A stretch of 64,000 nt of DNA from an uncultured Cryomorphaceae bacterium (GCA_964516765.1 CAZEWZ010000007.1:4828-68827), one strand, 5' to 3'; shown: positions 38,577 through 50,600, counted from the first letter of the stretch. The notes: generated from the letters alone by a model not told the origin. Numbers and translations are program-made.

Positions 38577-39746
38577 TTATCGCTTAAGCATTTTTAAGTG
38601 GGCCATATTATTGTTTTCGTCCATAATATCTACGCAATAGAATCCCTCAGGAACATCAGACAAGGATAGGTTTGTGAAATTCGTTTCACTCATAATTATT
38701 TGCCCATTTATATTTCGAATCTTTATGCTAATAATTTTTTTGGAATGCGAAATATGTAATATATCTTTTGTGGGATTAGGATATAAAATGGGTGAAGGAT
38801 AATCAATATTTGAATGGCCGACCTCGTAACAGTCTAAATTTTTATAAAGTTTTTCAGTCACAAAGTCAACCATAAGTTCTTCGAATGGCCCGCCATATTC
38901 CCATGGAACATGCCCTGCGCCTTCAAAGAGTAAATGATGAAAGTTCTCAAAATTCACATCATTGGAATGTTCTAGTATAGCTCCTCCTCCGCATAGTTGT
39001 GGTAGTACGGATATTCCTAATGGTTGTCCACACATATATGGAACCGTTGGATCTTGGTCGCCATGGCAAGAGATAAGAAGCTTATCAAAATCACTGGTTT
39101 CAATAAAATCTAAATCGGCAATTCCTCCGGCTAAGCTTATGGCTCCACGAATTTCACTAGAAAACTCCTCATTTCCACTATCTCCATAAATACCTCCATT
39201 GTTATTAATTGCATTCAATAAGTCAGGATCTGAAATATCTTCTAGATCCATAAAAGCTACATGGATAGCAATCACTGCACCGGCCGAATTTCCACCAAAA
39301 TATATTTGGTTAGTATCAATTCTATATGGGTTTCCCTCTGTAATCGTTTTTCTGAAATAACGAACTGAAGCCCTACCATCACTTAACGCTCTTGCAACTC
39401 CATTTAATGCTCCGCTAGCAGTTACCAATTCCGTGAATGACATTAGTCTATAGGAAATAGAGGCAACAACGTATCCTTGTTTCGAAAATTTTTCTGCCAA
39501 TGAGACCATACTTGGATTTGTTCTCACACCCGCAATAAAAGATCCTCCATGAGCTAAAATAAGCAAAGGTCTATTTTCTAGTTCATCTCCTTCAGGTTCA
39601 TAAATATCTACTTGTAGATTATGAACCTCTGAGTATGTTTGTGTAGAAACATTAAATTGATTGAATATTTCTTCCACATATCGCCCATCGCATTGGGCTT
39701 GGATAAAATATACGGGACAAAGAAAAATGATGAGTATTTTTTTCAT
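38577..39746 (-). CDS. T9SS-secreted alpha/beta-hydrolase (carboxylesterase/lipase-like; start likely 39746)
   Basis: Signal MKKILIIFLCPVYFIQAQ; HGGSF oxyanion motif, GNSAG nucleophile elbow, HGDQDPTVP, GHVPW; LYPNPTKD type A CTD. Confidence 0.88.
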   Translation of the reverse strand: MKKILIIFLCPVYFIQAQCDGRYVEEIFNQFNVSTQTYSEVHNLQVDIYEPEGDELENRPLLILAHGGSFIAGVRTNPSMVSLAEKFSKQGYVVASISYRLMSFTELVTASGALNGVARALSDGRASVRYFRKTITEGNPYRIDTNQIYFGGNSAGAVIAIHVAFMDLEDISDPDLLNAINNNGGIYGDSGNEEFSSEIRGAISLAGGIADLDFIETSDFDKLLISCHGDQDPTVPYMCGQPLGISVLPQLCGGGAILEHSNDVNFENFHHLLFEGAGHVPWEYGGPFEELMVDFVTEKLYKNLDCYEVGHSNIDYPSPILYPNPTKDILHISHSKKIISIKIRNINGQIIMSETNFTNLSLSDVPEGFYCVDIMDENNNMAHLKMLKR

Positions 39747-39844
39747 ATTTATTAAATTAATTTGCAAAAAATTAACGTAAAAAAATAAGAATTTGCGACG
39801 TTTTTTGTTGAAAGTCAAGATCATCTTAATTGAGCCATCAAATA

Positions 39845-39860
39845 ATATATATATATATAT
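39845..39860. repeat. (AT)8 dinucleotide microsatellite in a divergent intergenic region
   Basis: ATATATATATATATAT read directly. Confidence 0.8.
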
Positions 39861-40047
39861 TCTACTATAAAAGTTATATTTATTTAATATAATTTAAAAA
39901 TATTTAATATTGATGTTTTTTGAGAGAATTAAACTAAAAAATATTTTGCAAAAATTAAAATAAAGACAGCGCCTAGATTCCGTGGTTTTTTCTTGTGACC
40001 AGTAATACGGTATGATATTTGAACAATTGGTTAAAGAAATAAGCTAT

Positions 40048-40614
40048 ATGAAAAATATCTTTGCTATTGTAACTTTGTTTTCTACCTTCATTATCTCAGC
40101 ACAACCCTCAGATACTATAGAAATCCCAAATTCTTATTGCGATTCTATTGTATTAAATCCTATACTTCCATTGTATGGAAATTTGGAAGATGATTTCCTC
40201 TTAGTGGGACTAGAAACATACTTTACTGACTACTCAATTTCTTATGCGGGTTTAATGCTCGTAAACTATTTAGGTGACACTATTGCAATTGAAACCCTCA
40301 ACTCTGCCGGTAATGTATATTCCATAGGACCTAATATGTCAGAAGAGAGACAATTAATGTTGATGGAAGATTTAGTGTTTCCTTTCACGGGAGAATTGTG
40401 TATAGTTGAAGGTTTATTTGCGGGAAATCCCAATATCGTTTGTTCTTATCCAGTAAATTGGAATTTTCTTGGATTAAACGAAATGCAGAATAAACCTAGG
40501 AAACTCATAAAAATGATTGATGTTTTAGGGAATGAGAAAGAAAATCATCAGTCAGGAAAAATCTTATTCTACCTTTATGATAATGGGGAAAGTAGGAAGC
40601 GTTACAAAATATAA
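40048..40614 (+). CDS. Exported hypothetical protein with a short T9SS-like C-terminal tail (start likely 40048)
   Basis: Signal MKNIFAIVTLFSTFIISAQ; tail RKLIKMIDVLGNE...ILFYLYDNGESRKRYKI. Confidence 0.7.
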   Translation: MKNIFAIVTLFSTFIISAQPSDTIEIPNSYCDSIVLNPILPLYGNLEDDFLLVGLETYFTDYSISYAGLMLVNYLGDTIAIETLNSAGNVYSIGPNMSEERQLMLMEDLVFPFTGELCIVEGLFAGNPNIVCSYPVNWNFLGLNEMQNKPRKLIKMIDVLGNEKENHQSGKILFYLYDNGESRKRYKI

Positions 40615-40635
40615 TTTGAGTGTATTTTTTGATAA

Positions 40636-40675
40636 AAAATAAAAAAGCCATACGATTCAAATGACTTTTTATTTT
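40636..40675. terminator. Probable intrinsic terminator between the convergent hypothetical gene and fadD
   Basis: AAAATAAAAAAGCCAT-N9-ATGACTTTTTATTTT; pairs with a G-U wobble on the minus strand. Confidence 0.6.
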
Positions 40676-40709
40676 GAGATAGCCTCTGGGATATTAAAAG
40701 TAAAATCTC

Positions 40710-42479
40710 TTAACCATAAATCTCATTGAATTCTTTTTGATATTTAGCTAGAATTGGTTTTCTTTTTAACTTAAGAGTGGCAGTCAATTCTCCTCCGTCT
40801 ACAGTCCAGGCTTCCTTCATAAGAACAAATTTCTTTACTCTTTCAAATTGCGCAAATTGCTCATTAAAATACGCTATTTCTTTCTCATACTTTTTTAGTA
40901 CTTCAGGATTTTTAGTCATCTCTGCATTAGTACTATAAGGCATATTATGGATATTGCACCATACCTGTAATGATGTAAAATCGGGAACAATAAATGCACT
41001 AGTCATTTTTTGTCCTTCGCCCAAAATCATTATTTGTTCTATAATTCGGGATTCTTTGAACTTGTTTTCCATTACCTGTGGAGCAATATATTTCCCGCCA
41101 GAAGTTTTGAATATTTCTTTTTTACGGTCTGTAATTTTTAAATACATTCCATCTACGAGAGTTCCAATATCTCCTGTTGCAAACCAGCCTTTGTCGTCTA
41201 ATACTTCGGCAGTCAGCTTAGGCTTATTGTAATAGCCCATCATTACATTGGGTCCTTTGCAAAATATTTCTCCATCATCTCCAAATTTAACTTTTACACC
41301 TTCCATTATTTTTCCAACTGTGCCATAGTATTTCCCGCCAGCAGCCGGAGTGTTTACAGAAATTACTGGAGATGTTTCGGAAAGTCCATAGCCTTCAAAA
41401 ATTGGCATCTTCGCTGCAGTAAATACTCTAGCTAAACGGGGTTGAAGTGCAGCTGCACCAGAGAAAATAAATTTCATATTCCCTCCCACAGCATCTCTCC
41501 ATTTATTAAAGATTAGCTTATTGGCTAAGTTCAATTGAACTTCGTAAAACCAACCATTCTTGCCGTCTAATTCATGCCGTAACCCCAGATTTAGCGCCCA
41601 GAAAAAGAGCGATTTTTTAATACCTGTAGCTTCAGATCCTTTCCCCACAATTTTATCATATACCTTTTCCAAAAGACGAGGCACAGTTGGCATAATACTT
41701 GGTTTAATTTCTTTTAAATTTTCTCCAATTTGTTCAATACTTTCAGCATAATAAATAGAGGTTCCTCTGTAGAGATAAAAATATTCTACTACCCGTTCAA
41801 ATACATGACATAGGGGAAGAAAACTAATAGCCCTGTCTGTATCTTGAATTGGAAGAGCATCTTTTAATCCAATAAATTGAGAGAATAAGTTGTCGTGCGA
41901 AAGCATAACACCTTTTGGATTTCCGGTTGTACCTGAGGTGTATATGAGGGTAAAAAGGTCGGATGACTTCACTTCCAATTGAATGGCTTTCATTTTTGAT
42001 GCTTGCGGATTGGCTTGACCATCTTGCATGATATTATGCCAGTCTTTGGCATTCTCAATTTCATCAAAGGCATAAATAGCCTCAAGCGATTTTACTCTAT
42101 CCAAAAGCATGTGTACCTTGTCAAATATTTCTTGTGATCCAACAATTAATATCTTTACCTGAGCGTCATTTAAAATATACTCATAGTCTGATGTAGTTAT
42201 ATTTGGGTAAATCGGAACATTGATGGCTCCAATCTTATTAATCCCCATGTCTGCGATGCTCCATTCTGGTCTGTTATCAGAGACCACAGAGATTTTATCA
42301 CCACGAGTAATACCTATGTTGAGTAAACCATAACCTAAATTATCAGTCATAGAGACATATTCCTTTGCTGAATAGGTACGCCAAAAACCATTTTCTTTTC
42401 CAGCTAGCACATCAGGTTTGTTATAATTCTGTTGTGTAAATTCTGCCAATTCAAAAATTCGAGTAGGTTTCGATTTCAT
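40710..42479 (-). CDS. Long-chain fatty acid--CoA ligase (AMP-binding, FadD/FAA1-like)
   Basis: YTSGTTGNPKG, SFLPLCHVFER, EGYGLSETS, GWFATGDIG, DRKKEIFKTSGGKYIAP. Confidence 0.94.
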   Translation of the reverse strand: MKSKPTRIFELAEFTQQNYNKPDVLAGKENGFWRTYSAKEYVSMTDNLGYGLLNIGITRGDKISVVSDNRPEWSIADMGINKIGAINVPIYPNITTSDYEYILNDAQVKILIVGSQEIFDKVHMLLDRVKSLEAIYAFDEIENAKDWHNIMQDGQANPQASKMKAIQLEVKSSDLFTLIYTSGTTGNPKGVMLSHDNLFSQFIGLKDALPIQDTDRAISFLPLCHVFERVVEYFYLYRGTSIYYAESIEQIGENLKEIKPSIMPTVPRLLEKVYDKIVGKGSEATGIKKSLFFWALNLGLRHELDGKNGWFYEVQLNLANKLIFNKWRDAVGGNMKFIFSGAAALQPRLARVFTAAKMPIFEGYGLSETSPVISVNTPAAGGKYYGTVGKIMEGVKVKFGDDGEIFCKGPNVMMGYYNKPKLTAEVLDDKGWFATGDIGTLVDGMYLKITDRKKEIFKTSGGKYIAPQVMENKFKESRIIEQIMILGEGQKMTSAFIVPDFTSLQVWCNIHNMPYSTNAEMTKNPEVLKKYEKEIAYFNEQFAQFERVKKFVLMKEAWTVDGGELTATLKLKRKPILAKYQKEFNEIYG

Positions 42480-42515
42480 AATACTTCTTTAAAATAAGGT
42501 TTCATAAATATATTT

Positions 42516-42523
42516 CAAATCTA
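42516..42523 (-). promoter_or_regulatory. Bacteroidota -7 box for the fatty acid-CoA ligase
   Basis: TAGATTTG on the minus strand. Confidence 0.55.
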
Positions 42524-42566
42524 ATAAAATTATCGGCAATTTAGCAATTGGATTTTTTTTGAACTC

Positions 42567-42588
42567 TAACTTTGAAAACTTACATTTG
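42567..42588 (+). promoter_or_regulatory. Two tandem Bacteroidota -7 boxes for recG
   Basis: TAACTTTG (42567-74) and TACATTTG (42581-88). Confidence 0.55.
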
Positions 42589-42601
42589 ATAAAATTTACA
42601 C

Positions 42602-44713
42602 ATGTCTCAGAATCCGCACAAGCTCGATACACCAATCGAATTTCTTAAAGGAGTTGGACCTCAGCGAGCCGATCTTTTAAAAAAAGAATTGCAGATATTT
42701 AGATACCGAGATCTACTCGAATTATATCCCTTTAGATACATAGATAAAACTCAATTTCATAATATTTCAGAGCTCAGTGCCGACCTAATTGATCTTCAAA
42801 TTATGGGAAAGATTATCCGAATCAGTGAAGAAGGAGTAGGTAGGAAAAAAAGATTGAAAGCTATATTTGAAGACAAGACTTCTTCTATGGAGTTGGTTTG
42901 GTTTAAGGGAGTAACTTGGGTCAAGAAATCTCTTAATTTAAATGAAGAGATTGTCATTTTTGGTAAACCAACTTTATATAAGGGTATATATAGTATTTCC
43001 CATCCAGAAATTGAAACCTTGGAAGCTCATCAAGCAAGTTTGGTTACTGCTATGCAGGGCGTATATCCTTCGACTGAAAAATTAACTTCACGATTTCTTC
43101 ACTCCAAAGGTCTTGTTAAGTTAATTAAAGAGCTTTTAATTCAAGTAAGCCCCTTTATATCAGAGACACTGTCCTTGAATATTCGAAATGAATACAAACT
43201 TATGTCCAAGAAAGATGCGCTAATGAATGTGCATTTCCCTAAATCAGAAAATGATTTATTCCAAGCCCAACGAAGACTGAAGTTTGAAGAATTTTTCTTT
43301 CTTCAGTTGTCTATGTTAAAAATGAAGCTTCATAAAAAGAAGACTTTTATTTCTTATCCTTTTAAGGACATTGGAAAGTATTTTAATGAATTTTACAATA
43401 AACAATTGCCTTTTGAATTGACGGGGGCACAGAAGAGAGTTCTAAAAGAAATTCGATTAGATGTGGCCACCGGAAAGCAGATGAATAGATTGGTTCAGGG
43501 AGATGTTGGCTCAGGGAAAACGATAGTTGCTCTAATGGCAATGCTAATGGCCAAGGATAATGGTTTTCAGTCATGTTTGATGGTGCCAACAGAAATTTTA
43601 GCTACTCAGCATTACCATGGATTACATCATATGGTGGATGCATTAGGGTTGAAAATGGCCTTACTTTCAGGCTCATCAAAGGTGGCTCAGAGAAGAGTTA
43701 TTCACGAAGCTTTAGAATCTGGAGAATTAGATATTTTAGTCGGTACACATGCGCTGTTGGAAGATAAGGTACGTTATCAAAATTTGGGATTAGCCATTAT
43801 CGATGAGCAGCATCGTTTTGGTGTATCTCAAAGGTCTAAAATGTGGAATAAAAACCTTAGACCACCTCATATTTTAGTGATGACAGCTACTCCAATCCCC
43901 AGAACTCTTGCCATGACGGTATATGGAGATTTAGATGTCTCTGTTATTGATGAGTTACCACCGGGAAGAAAACCGATAACTACCTTGCATAAAACAGACC
44001 AACATCGGTTATCTATGTTTCATTTTTTGAAACAAGAAATTGAAAAGGGAAGGCAAGTGTACATAGTATATCCATTAATTGACGAGAGTAAAACTCTAGA
44101 TTATAAAGATTTGATAGACGGATTTGAAGGAGTTTGTAGACATTTTCCAAAACCTAAATATCAAGTTTCTGTAGTGCACGGTCGCATGAAATCGGGAGAT
44201 AAAGAAGCTGAAATGTCAAGATTTGTAAAAGGAGAAACAAATATCATGGTAGCCACTACGGTTATTGAGGTTGGCGTCAATGTGCCCAATGCTTCTGTGA
44301 TGGTCATTGAGTCTTCCGAACGGTTTGGCCTTTCTCAATTACACCAGTTAAGAGGTCGAGTAGGTAGAGGTGGTGAGCAGTCTTATTGTATTTTGATGAG
44401 CGGGCAGAAATTAAGCTCAGATGCGAAGACTCGCCTTAAGACTATGGTAAAAACTCAAAATGGTTTTGAAATTGCAGACGCGGATCTTAAACTTAGGGGT
44501 CCAGGAGACATGATGGGAACAAGACAAAGTGGTCTTTTGGAGTTGAAGCTAGGTGATTTATTGAAAGATTCACAAATTCTTCAATATGCTCGAAAAATAG
44601 CTCTAGCTCTTCTAGAATCTGATCCAGAAATGAAAAAAGAGCAAAATATTCCTATCTTTAAAGAGTATATGAGAGCTCACCACAAAAAAATTTCTTGGAG
44701 CAACATATCTTAA
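42602..44713 (+). CDS. recG: ATP-dependent DNA helicase RecG
   Basis: Wedge domain, QGDVGSGKT, IIDEQHRFGV, MTATPIPRT, QLHQLRGRVGRG, DLKLRGPG. Confidence 0.97.
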   Translation: MSQNPHKLDTPIEFLKGVGPQRADLLKKELQIFRYRDLLELYPFRYIDKTQFHNISELSADLIDLQIMGKIIRISEEGVGRKKRLKAIFEDKTSSMELVWFKGVTWVKKSLNLNEEIVIFGKPTLYKGIYSISHPEIETLEAHQASLVTAMQGVYPSTEKLTSRFLHSKGLVKLIKELLIQVSPFISETLSLNIRNEYKLMSKKDALMNVHFPKSENDLFQAQRRLKFEEFFFLQLSMLKMKLHKKKTFISYPFKDIGKYFNEFYNKQLPFELTGAQKRVLKEIRLDVATGKQMNRLVQGDVGSGKTIVALMAMLMAKDNGFQSCLMVPTEILATQHYHGLHHMVDALGLKMALLSGSSKVAQRRVIHEALESGELDILVGTHALLEDKVRYQNLGLAIIDEQHRFGVSQRSKMWNKNLRPPHILVMTATPIPRTLAMTVYGDLDVSVIDELPPGRKPITTLHKTDQHRLSMFHFLKQEIEKGRQVYIVYPLIDESKTLDYKDLIDGFEGVCRHFPKPKYQVSVVHGRMKSGDKEAEMSRFVKGETNIMVATTVIEVGVNVPNASVMVIESSERFGLSQLHQLRGRVGRGGEQSYCILMSGQKLSSDAKTRLKTMVKTQNGFEIADADLKLRGPGDMMGTRQSGLLELKLGDLLKDSQILQYARKIALALLESDPEMKKEQNIPIFKEYMRAHHKKISWSNIS

Positions 44714-44793
44714 ATAATAGCTAATTTTCAATCTTTAATTTTTATCCTGACATTTCCATTTTGTATGTTTGTATGTTAAATGCATTTGATCAT

Positions 44794-47070
44794 ATGGTAA
44801 AGATTAGAAGACAAGAGGCTTTGGATTTTCATTCAGAAGGTAGGCCTGGTAAAATAGAGGTGGTACCCACAAAAAGTACAATCTCTCAACGAGATTTATC
44901 TTTGGCATATTCTCCTGGTGTTGCTGAACCATGTATTAAGATTTCTGAGAAAATAGATGACGTATACAAGTATACTGCTAAGGGAAATCTAGTGGCAGTT
45001 ATTTCCAACGGAAGTGCTGTATTAGGTCTTGGTAATATTGGTCCTGAAGCTTCCAAGCCTGTGATGGAAGGAAAGGGACTTTTGTTTAAGATTTATGCAG
45101 ATATTGATGTCTTCGATATTGAGGTAGATGCCTCTGATGTAGATACTTTCGTAGCCACTGTAAAAGCTATCTCTCCTACATTCGGGGGTATTAATCTTGA
45201 GGATATAAAGGCTCCAGAGTGTTTTGAAATCGAACGTCGACTAAAGGAAGAATTGAATATTCCTGTCATGCACGATGACCAACATGGAACAGCTATTATT
45301 TCTGGCGCAGCCTTATTAAATGCATTAGAAATTGTAGAAAAAGACATTGATAAAGTTCAAGTAGTTTTCAATGGAGCTGGAGCAGCTGCTATTTCATGTA
45401 CTAAGTTATATTTGAGCTTGGGAGTTCGTTGCGAAAATATTGTGATGTGCGATAGTCGTGGTGTAATTAGAGCGGATAGACCTGATTTAAAAGGGATAAA
45501 AAAAGAATTTTCCACACAAAGAGATTTGAATGACTTAAGTGATGCTCTTAATAATGCTGATGTGTTTGTGGGCTTATCAAAAGGAAATATAGTCAGTGCA
45601 GAGATGTTAAAGACCATGGCCAATCAGCCCATCGTCTTTGCTATGGCCAATCCAGATCCAGAAATTTCTTATGCCAAAGCCATTACTGCTCGTAAAGATA
45701 TTATTTTTGCCACTGGCCGATCTGACTATCCCAATCAAGTCAATAATGTACTTGGTTTTCCTTATATTTTTAGAGGAGCACTTGATGTTCGCGCCACTCA
45801 AATCAATGAGTCGATGAAAATTGCTGCAGTCAATGCCATTGCTGAATTGACGAAAGAACAGGTTCCTGAAGATGTGAATATCACTTACGGAGAAACTAAT
45901 ATCACCTTTGGTCCCGATTATATTATCCCTAAACCAAATGATCCACGTTTGATATCGAGTGTAGCCCCAGCAGTAGCCAAGGCTGCTATAGATTCTGGTG
46001 TTGCAAAAATAAAAATTGATGATTGGGATGCATATGAGGTTTCTTTGATGAAACGTGTTGGAAGAGACAATAAGTTTTTGCGGAATGTAACCACACGAGC
46101 CAAGAGAAATCCTAAGCGAATTGTCTTTGCTGAGGCAGATCATTACAATGTATTGAAAGCTGCGCAAATTATAAAGGATGAGATGATAGGCACTCCGGTA
46201 CTTCTTGGTCGAATCGATAAGATTCAACTACTCATAGATGAGAACGGTTTTGATTTTGAGGGAGTGGAAATCATCGATCCTAAATCAGATGAAATGGTGG
46301 AAAAACTTCATGTTTATGGAGATATACTTTGGGAGAAAAAATCCAGAGATGGTTATACTCAATATGAAGCTCGACGGAAAATGCGTGAGAGAAATTATTT
46401 TGGCGCCATGATGGTGGAACTCGGAGATGCCGATGCGATGATTTCAGGATTTTCAAGGAATTATCCCGAAACTATTCGACCAGCACTTCAAATCGTGGGA
46501 ACTGCAAAGGGGGTTACTAAAGTCGCCGGTTTATTTGTAATCATGACCAGTAATGGCCCAATGTTTTTTGCAGACACTACAATCAATGTAAATCCAAATG
46601 CCGAGGAGTTAGCAGATATTGCAGAACTTACTGCAGATTCTGTTCTTAGTATGGGAATCAAGCCCATATTAGCCATGCTTGCGTATTCCAATTTTGGTTC
46701 CACAAATGATGCACATTCTAAAAAAGTAAGACAAGCAGTAGATATTCTTCACCGTAGAAGGCCAGACCTTACAGTAGATGGCGAAGTTCAGGCCAATTTT
46801 GCCGTTAATAAAGATTCTTTTTCTGAGAAATTTCCTTTTTCTAGATTAAAAGACAAACAAGTAAATGTGGTAATATTTCCGAACTTAGAATCAGGGAATA
46901 TCTCTTATAAATTACTTCAAGAATTGGCTGGATTTGAAACTATAGGCCCAATTTTAATTGGGCTCAAGAAAACTATTCATATTCTTCAACTTGGAGCTAG
47001 TGTAAAAGAAATTATAAATATGTCAACTTTGGCTGTGGCTGACGCACATTCTAAAATCCTCAAAAAATGA
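44794..47070 (+). CDS. maeB: NADP-dependent malic enzyme with C-terminal phosphotransacetylase-like domain (start likely 44794)
   Basis: [50 protein letters not shown]; TATGTTTG -7 box at 44764-71. Confidence 0.95.
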   Translation: MVKIRRQEALDFHSEGRPGKIEVVPTKSTISQRDLSLAYSPGVAEPCIKISEKIDDVYKYTAKGNLVAVISNGSAVLGLGNIGPEASKPVMEGKGLLFKIYADIDVFDIEVDASDVDTFVATVKAISPTFGGINLEDIKAPECFEIERRLKEELNIPVMHDDQHGTAIISGAALLNALEIVEKDIDKVQVVFNGAGAAAISCTKLYLSLGVRCENIVMCDSRGVIRADRPDLKGIKKEFSTQRDLNDLSDALNNADVFVGLSKGNIVSAEMLKTMANQPIVFAMANPDPEISYAKAITARKDIIFATGRSDYPNQVNNVLGFPYIFRGALDVRATQINESMKIAAVNAIAELTKEQVPEDVNITYGETNITFGPDYIIPKPNDPRLISSVAPAVAKAAIDSGVAKIKIDDWDAYEVSLMKRVGRDNKFLRNVTTRAKRNPKRIVFAEADHYNVLKAAQIIKDEMIGTPVLLGRIDKIQLLIDENGFDFEGVEIIDPKSDEMVEKLHVYGDILWEKKSRDGYTQYEARRKMRERNYFGAMMVELGDADAMISGFSRNYPETIRPALQIVGTAKGVTKVAGLFVIMTSNGPMFFADTTINVNPNAEELADIAELTADSVLSMGIKPILAMLAYSNFGSTNDAHSKKVRQAVDILHRRRPDLTVDGEVQANFAVNKDSFSEKFPFSRLKDKQVNVVIFPNLESGNISYKLLQELAGFETIGPILIGLKKTIHILQLGASVKEIINMSTLAVADAHSKILKK

Positions 47071-47648
47071 TTACACATATTCAAGGGAGATTGGTGGAGC
47101 TAAATCCAGCATATGCCGTAATAGATTGCAATGGAGTAGGATATATTCTACATATTTCTTTAAATACTTATTCTGAATTGGGGGACTCCGAATCCTGTAA
47201 ATTATTTTCTTACTTAGTAGTTAAAGAAGATTCCCAAACTCTGTATGGATTTTTTACAAAATTGGAAAGAAAGGTTTTTGGAATGCTTATTTCAGTTTCT
47301 GGAGTTGGTGCTTCGACCGGTCGAGTGATTTTGTCTTCGATGAGGTCTGAACAAATTAGAGACGCTATTGTACAAGAAGATGTTGCTATGATTCAGTCTG
47401 TTAAGGGAATTGGAGCCAAAACAGCACAGCGAATAATTTTAGATCTAAAAGATAAAATGCTCAAGGCATTTGATGACATTGAAATAACTCTCAAATCAGG
47501 CAATAGAAATCGAGAGGAAGCGTTATCTGCACTAGAGGTGTTGGGCTTTCCATCTAAGTCAGTGCATAAGCTGGTGGACAAACTTCTGGAAAAAGACCCG
47601 CATCTAGAGGTGGAAGAGCTTGTAAAGCAAGCGTTAAAGAATTTGTAG
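47067..47648 (+). CDS. ruvA: Holliday junction branch migration protein RuvA
   Basis: NGVGY, LYGF, ISVSGVGAS and SVKGIGAKTAQRIILDLKDK HhH motifs, EEALSALEVLGF. Confidence 0.96.
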   Translation: MITHIQGRLVELNPAYAVIDCNGVGYILHISLNTYSELGDSESCKLFSYLVVKEDSQTLYGFFTKLERKVFGMLISVSGVGASTGRVILSSMRSEQIRDAIVQEDVAMIQSVKGIGAKTAQRIILDLKDKMLKAFDDIEITLKSGNRNREEALSALEVLGFPSKSVHKLVDKLLEKDPHLEVEELVKQALKNL

Positions 47649-47651
47649 TCA

Positions 47652-50600
47652 ATGCGTTATAGCAATGCTGTAATAATATATTTTACTTTTATTATTTTTC
47701 TTCTGTTCACAATTACAGTGAAGGGTCAAGACGATAGTCTTTCTCTGCCTTATCCACAAATGCTTTTTGGTCTACCTGATAATTTCGAAGAATCCATTGA
47801 ATATAATGTCGAGATGGGTGAATTTAGATTCCAAAATAATATTGGGACCTTTTCTATAGATCGTCCCAAGTTTATGAGTGAGTCTTCTTATAAAACTTGG
47901 CTGTTTAATCAACAAGTTCATGATTATTGGCGTCAAAAAGTACAGTCAAATTTACTTAATCAAGGGGTTGCTGGAACTAAGCCAAAACTTCAAATAGGTG
48001 GTGAATCTTTTAGTAGAATATTTGGAGGTAACACAGTAGATATTCGTCCTCAAGGAGCGGCCGAATTAACTTTTGCTGGAAATGTCGACAAAACAAAAAA
48101 TCCCAATCTAACCGAAAATCAGCAAAATAACGCGAGTTTTAATTTTGATCAGAGTATTCAAATGAATGTGATTGGTAAGATTGGTACTAAGCTTTCACTG
48201 AGGACTAATTACGATACAAAAAGTCAGTTTGATTTTGAAAATCAAATGAAATTAGAATATTCAGGTGATGAGGATCAAATTATCAAAAAGATCGAGTTAG
48301 GTAATGTTAGTCTACCTCTTAGTGGTTCCCTAATATCTGGTACACAAAGCCTTTTTGGAATGAAAACACAGTTTCAATTTGGGAAAACTACTCTGACGGC
48401 AGTCTTCTCCGAACAAAAATCTGAAACAAGTACTATTCGAGTAGATGGTGGAGCTCAGACTACAAATTTTGAGATTTTCGCTGATTCTTATGAAGCAAAT
48501 AAACACTTTTTTTTAGGCCAATATTTTTATGACAATTATGATAATTCCTTGTCAAATATGCCGATTGTTACTTCAAATATAACTATAACAAATATTGAGG
48601 TATGGGTTACCAACAAAACGGGTGTGACACAAAATGTGCGAAATATTTTAGCTTTTCAAGATTTAGGAGAAAATATCAACCAAGTTTACAATTCTCAAAT
48701 TTCTCCTGGTACATCTAATGGATATAATCCAGATAATGAAAATAATAGTTTGGCCCCAAGTAACTTAGTTTTAGATTTTCCAAATATTAGGAATGTTAGT
48801 CAAGTTACTACATTGTTGAATAGTGCTGGTTTTGAACAATCAGTAGATTTTGAGAAAATTGAGAATGCTAAAAAATTAACCAATTCTGAATACAGTTTTG
48901 ATCCTCGCTTAGGTTTCATTTCTTTAAATCAAGCGCTCAACTCTGATGAGGTCTTGGGAGTCGCGTACCAATATACTGTCAATGGAGCAGTTTCCCAAGT
49001 TGGAGAATTGTCTATGGATATTTCGTCGCCAGATGTGCTAGTTCTTAAGTTACTAAAAAGTACCACAATAAATATTGATTTACCTATGTGGAATCTTTTA
49101 ATGAAAAATGTTTATTCATTGGGAGCTTACCAGGTCAATAAAGAAGATTTTGACTTACAGATTTTATATCAAGATGATGAATCAGGAACTCCTCTCCCTT
49201 ATATTCCTGAAGAAGGCATGAGTGGTGAACTTCTCATACAGAAAATGAATCTAGACAACCTTAACCAGAATAATGATCCAGGACCAAATGGAGTCTTTGA
49301 CTTTATTCCTGATTTAACCATAAGAACATCTAATGGACGAGTGTATTTGCCGGCAAAAGAGCCATTTGGTAGTTATTTGAGAGCCAAGTTTATAGAGGCC
49401 GGATTGACCAATACCCTGGCAGATCAATATGTTTTTGAGGCCTTGTATGATTCCACTCAAACGGCAGCTTCTCAGGTAGCCGAACTTAATAAATTTATTT
49501 TAAAAGGACAGTATAAATCTTCTTCTGGAGCCGATATACCTCTTAATGCCATGTCAATTCCTCAGGGTTCTGTCACAGTATCAATGGGGGGAGCTCCTCT
49601 AGAGGAAAATGTTCATTATACTGTAGATTATAATTTAGGTCGTGTGAAAATCATTGATGAGGGAATTTTAAGCTCTGGACAGCAAATAGAGGTCCAGTTA
49701 GAAAATAATTCGGGTTATACTTGGATGACCAAACGGTATTTGGGACTTCATGCTGATTATAAATATAGTGATAATCTGATTTTTGGTGCGACACTCTTGA
49801 ATCTTTCAGAAAACAGCCAATCTCCAAAAATTAATATGGGAGATGAGCCTATTTCAAATACTATATGGGGATTTAATGGCTCTTATAAAACCGACGCTCC
49901 TCTTTTAACAAAATTGATTGACAAACTTCCGTTAATACAAACAAAAGAAAAGTCAAATATTGTTTTAACAGGAGAATTTGCTCAATTTATTCCAGGACAT
50001 CCAAAGTCGATTAATGTAGATAAAACTGGAACAGCTTATATTGATGATTTTGAAAATAGCCAATCTCCTATTGATTTAAGATCATCATTAGCTTGGAATT
50101 TAGCTAGTGTTCCTCAAGATGAAATGCTATTTCCAGAAGCTATTTTGACTAATGATTTGAGGTACGGATACAATAGAGCACTAATGTCGTGGTATACAAT
50201 TAACTCCGACTTGCAAAGAGAAACAGCTTATTCTCCTAGTCATTTAAATGATGAAGATAGAGAGGCACCATATGTTAGAGAGATTTCTATCAATGAAATT
50301 TTCCCTGATAAAGATATTCCCCATGGCCAACCTCTTCGATTAAGAACTTTTGATTTAGCCTTTTATCCCAATGAAAGAGGTCCTTATAACTTTGATGTGG
50401 AAGGTGAGGCCGGGATTTCTTTTGGTGTAAATCAAGAGGGAGATTTAAATAATCCATCTTCTAGATGGGGAGGTGTGGTCAGAGAAATTGATAATAATAA
50501 TTTTGAAGCTGCCAATATCGAGTTTTTAGAGTTTTGGATGATGGATCCCTTCATTGAAAATCCGACTGCTCCTGGAGGAGACTTTTACATCAATTTAGGG

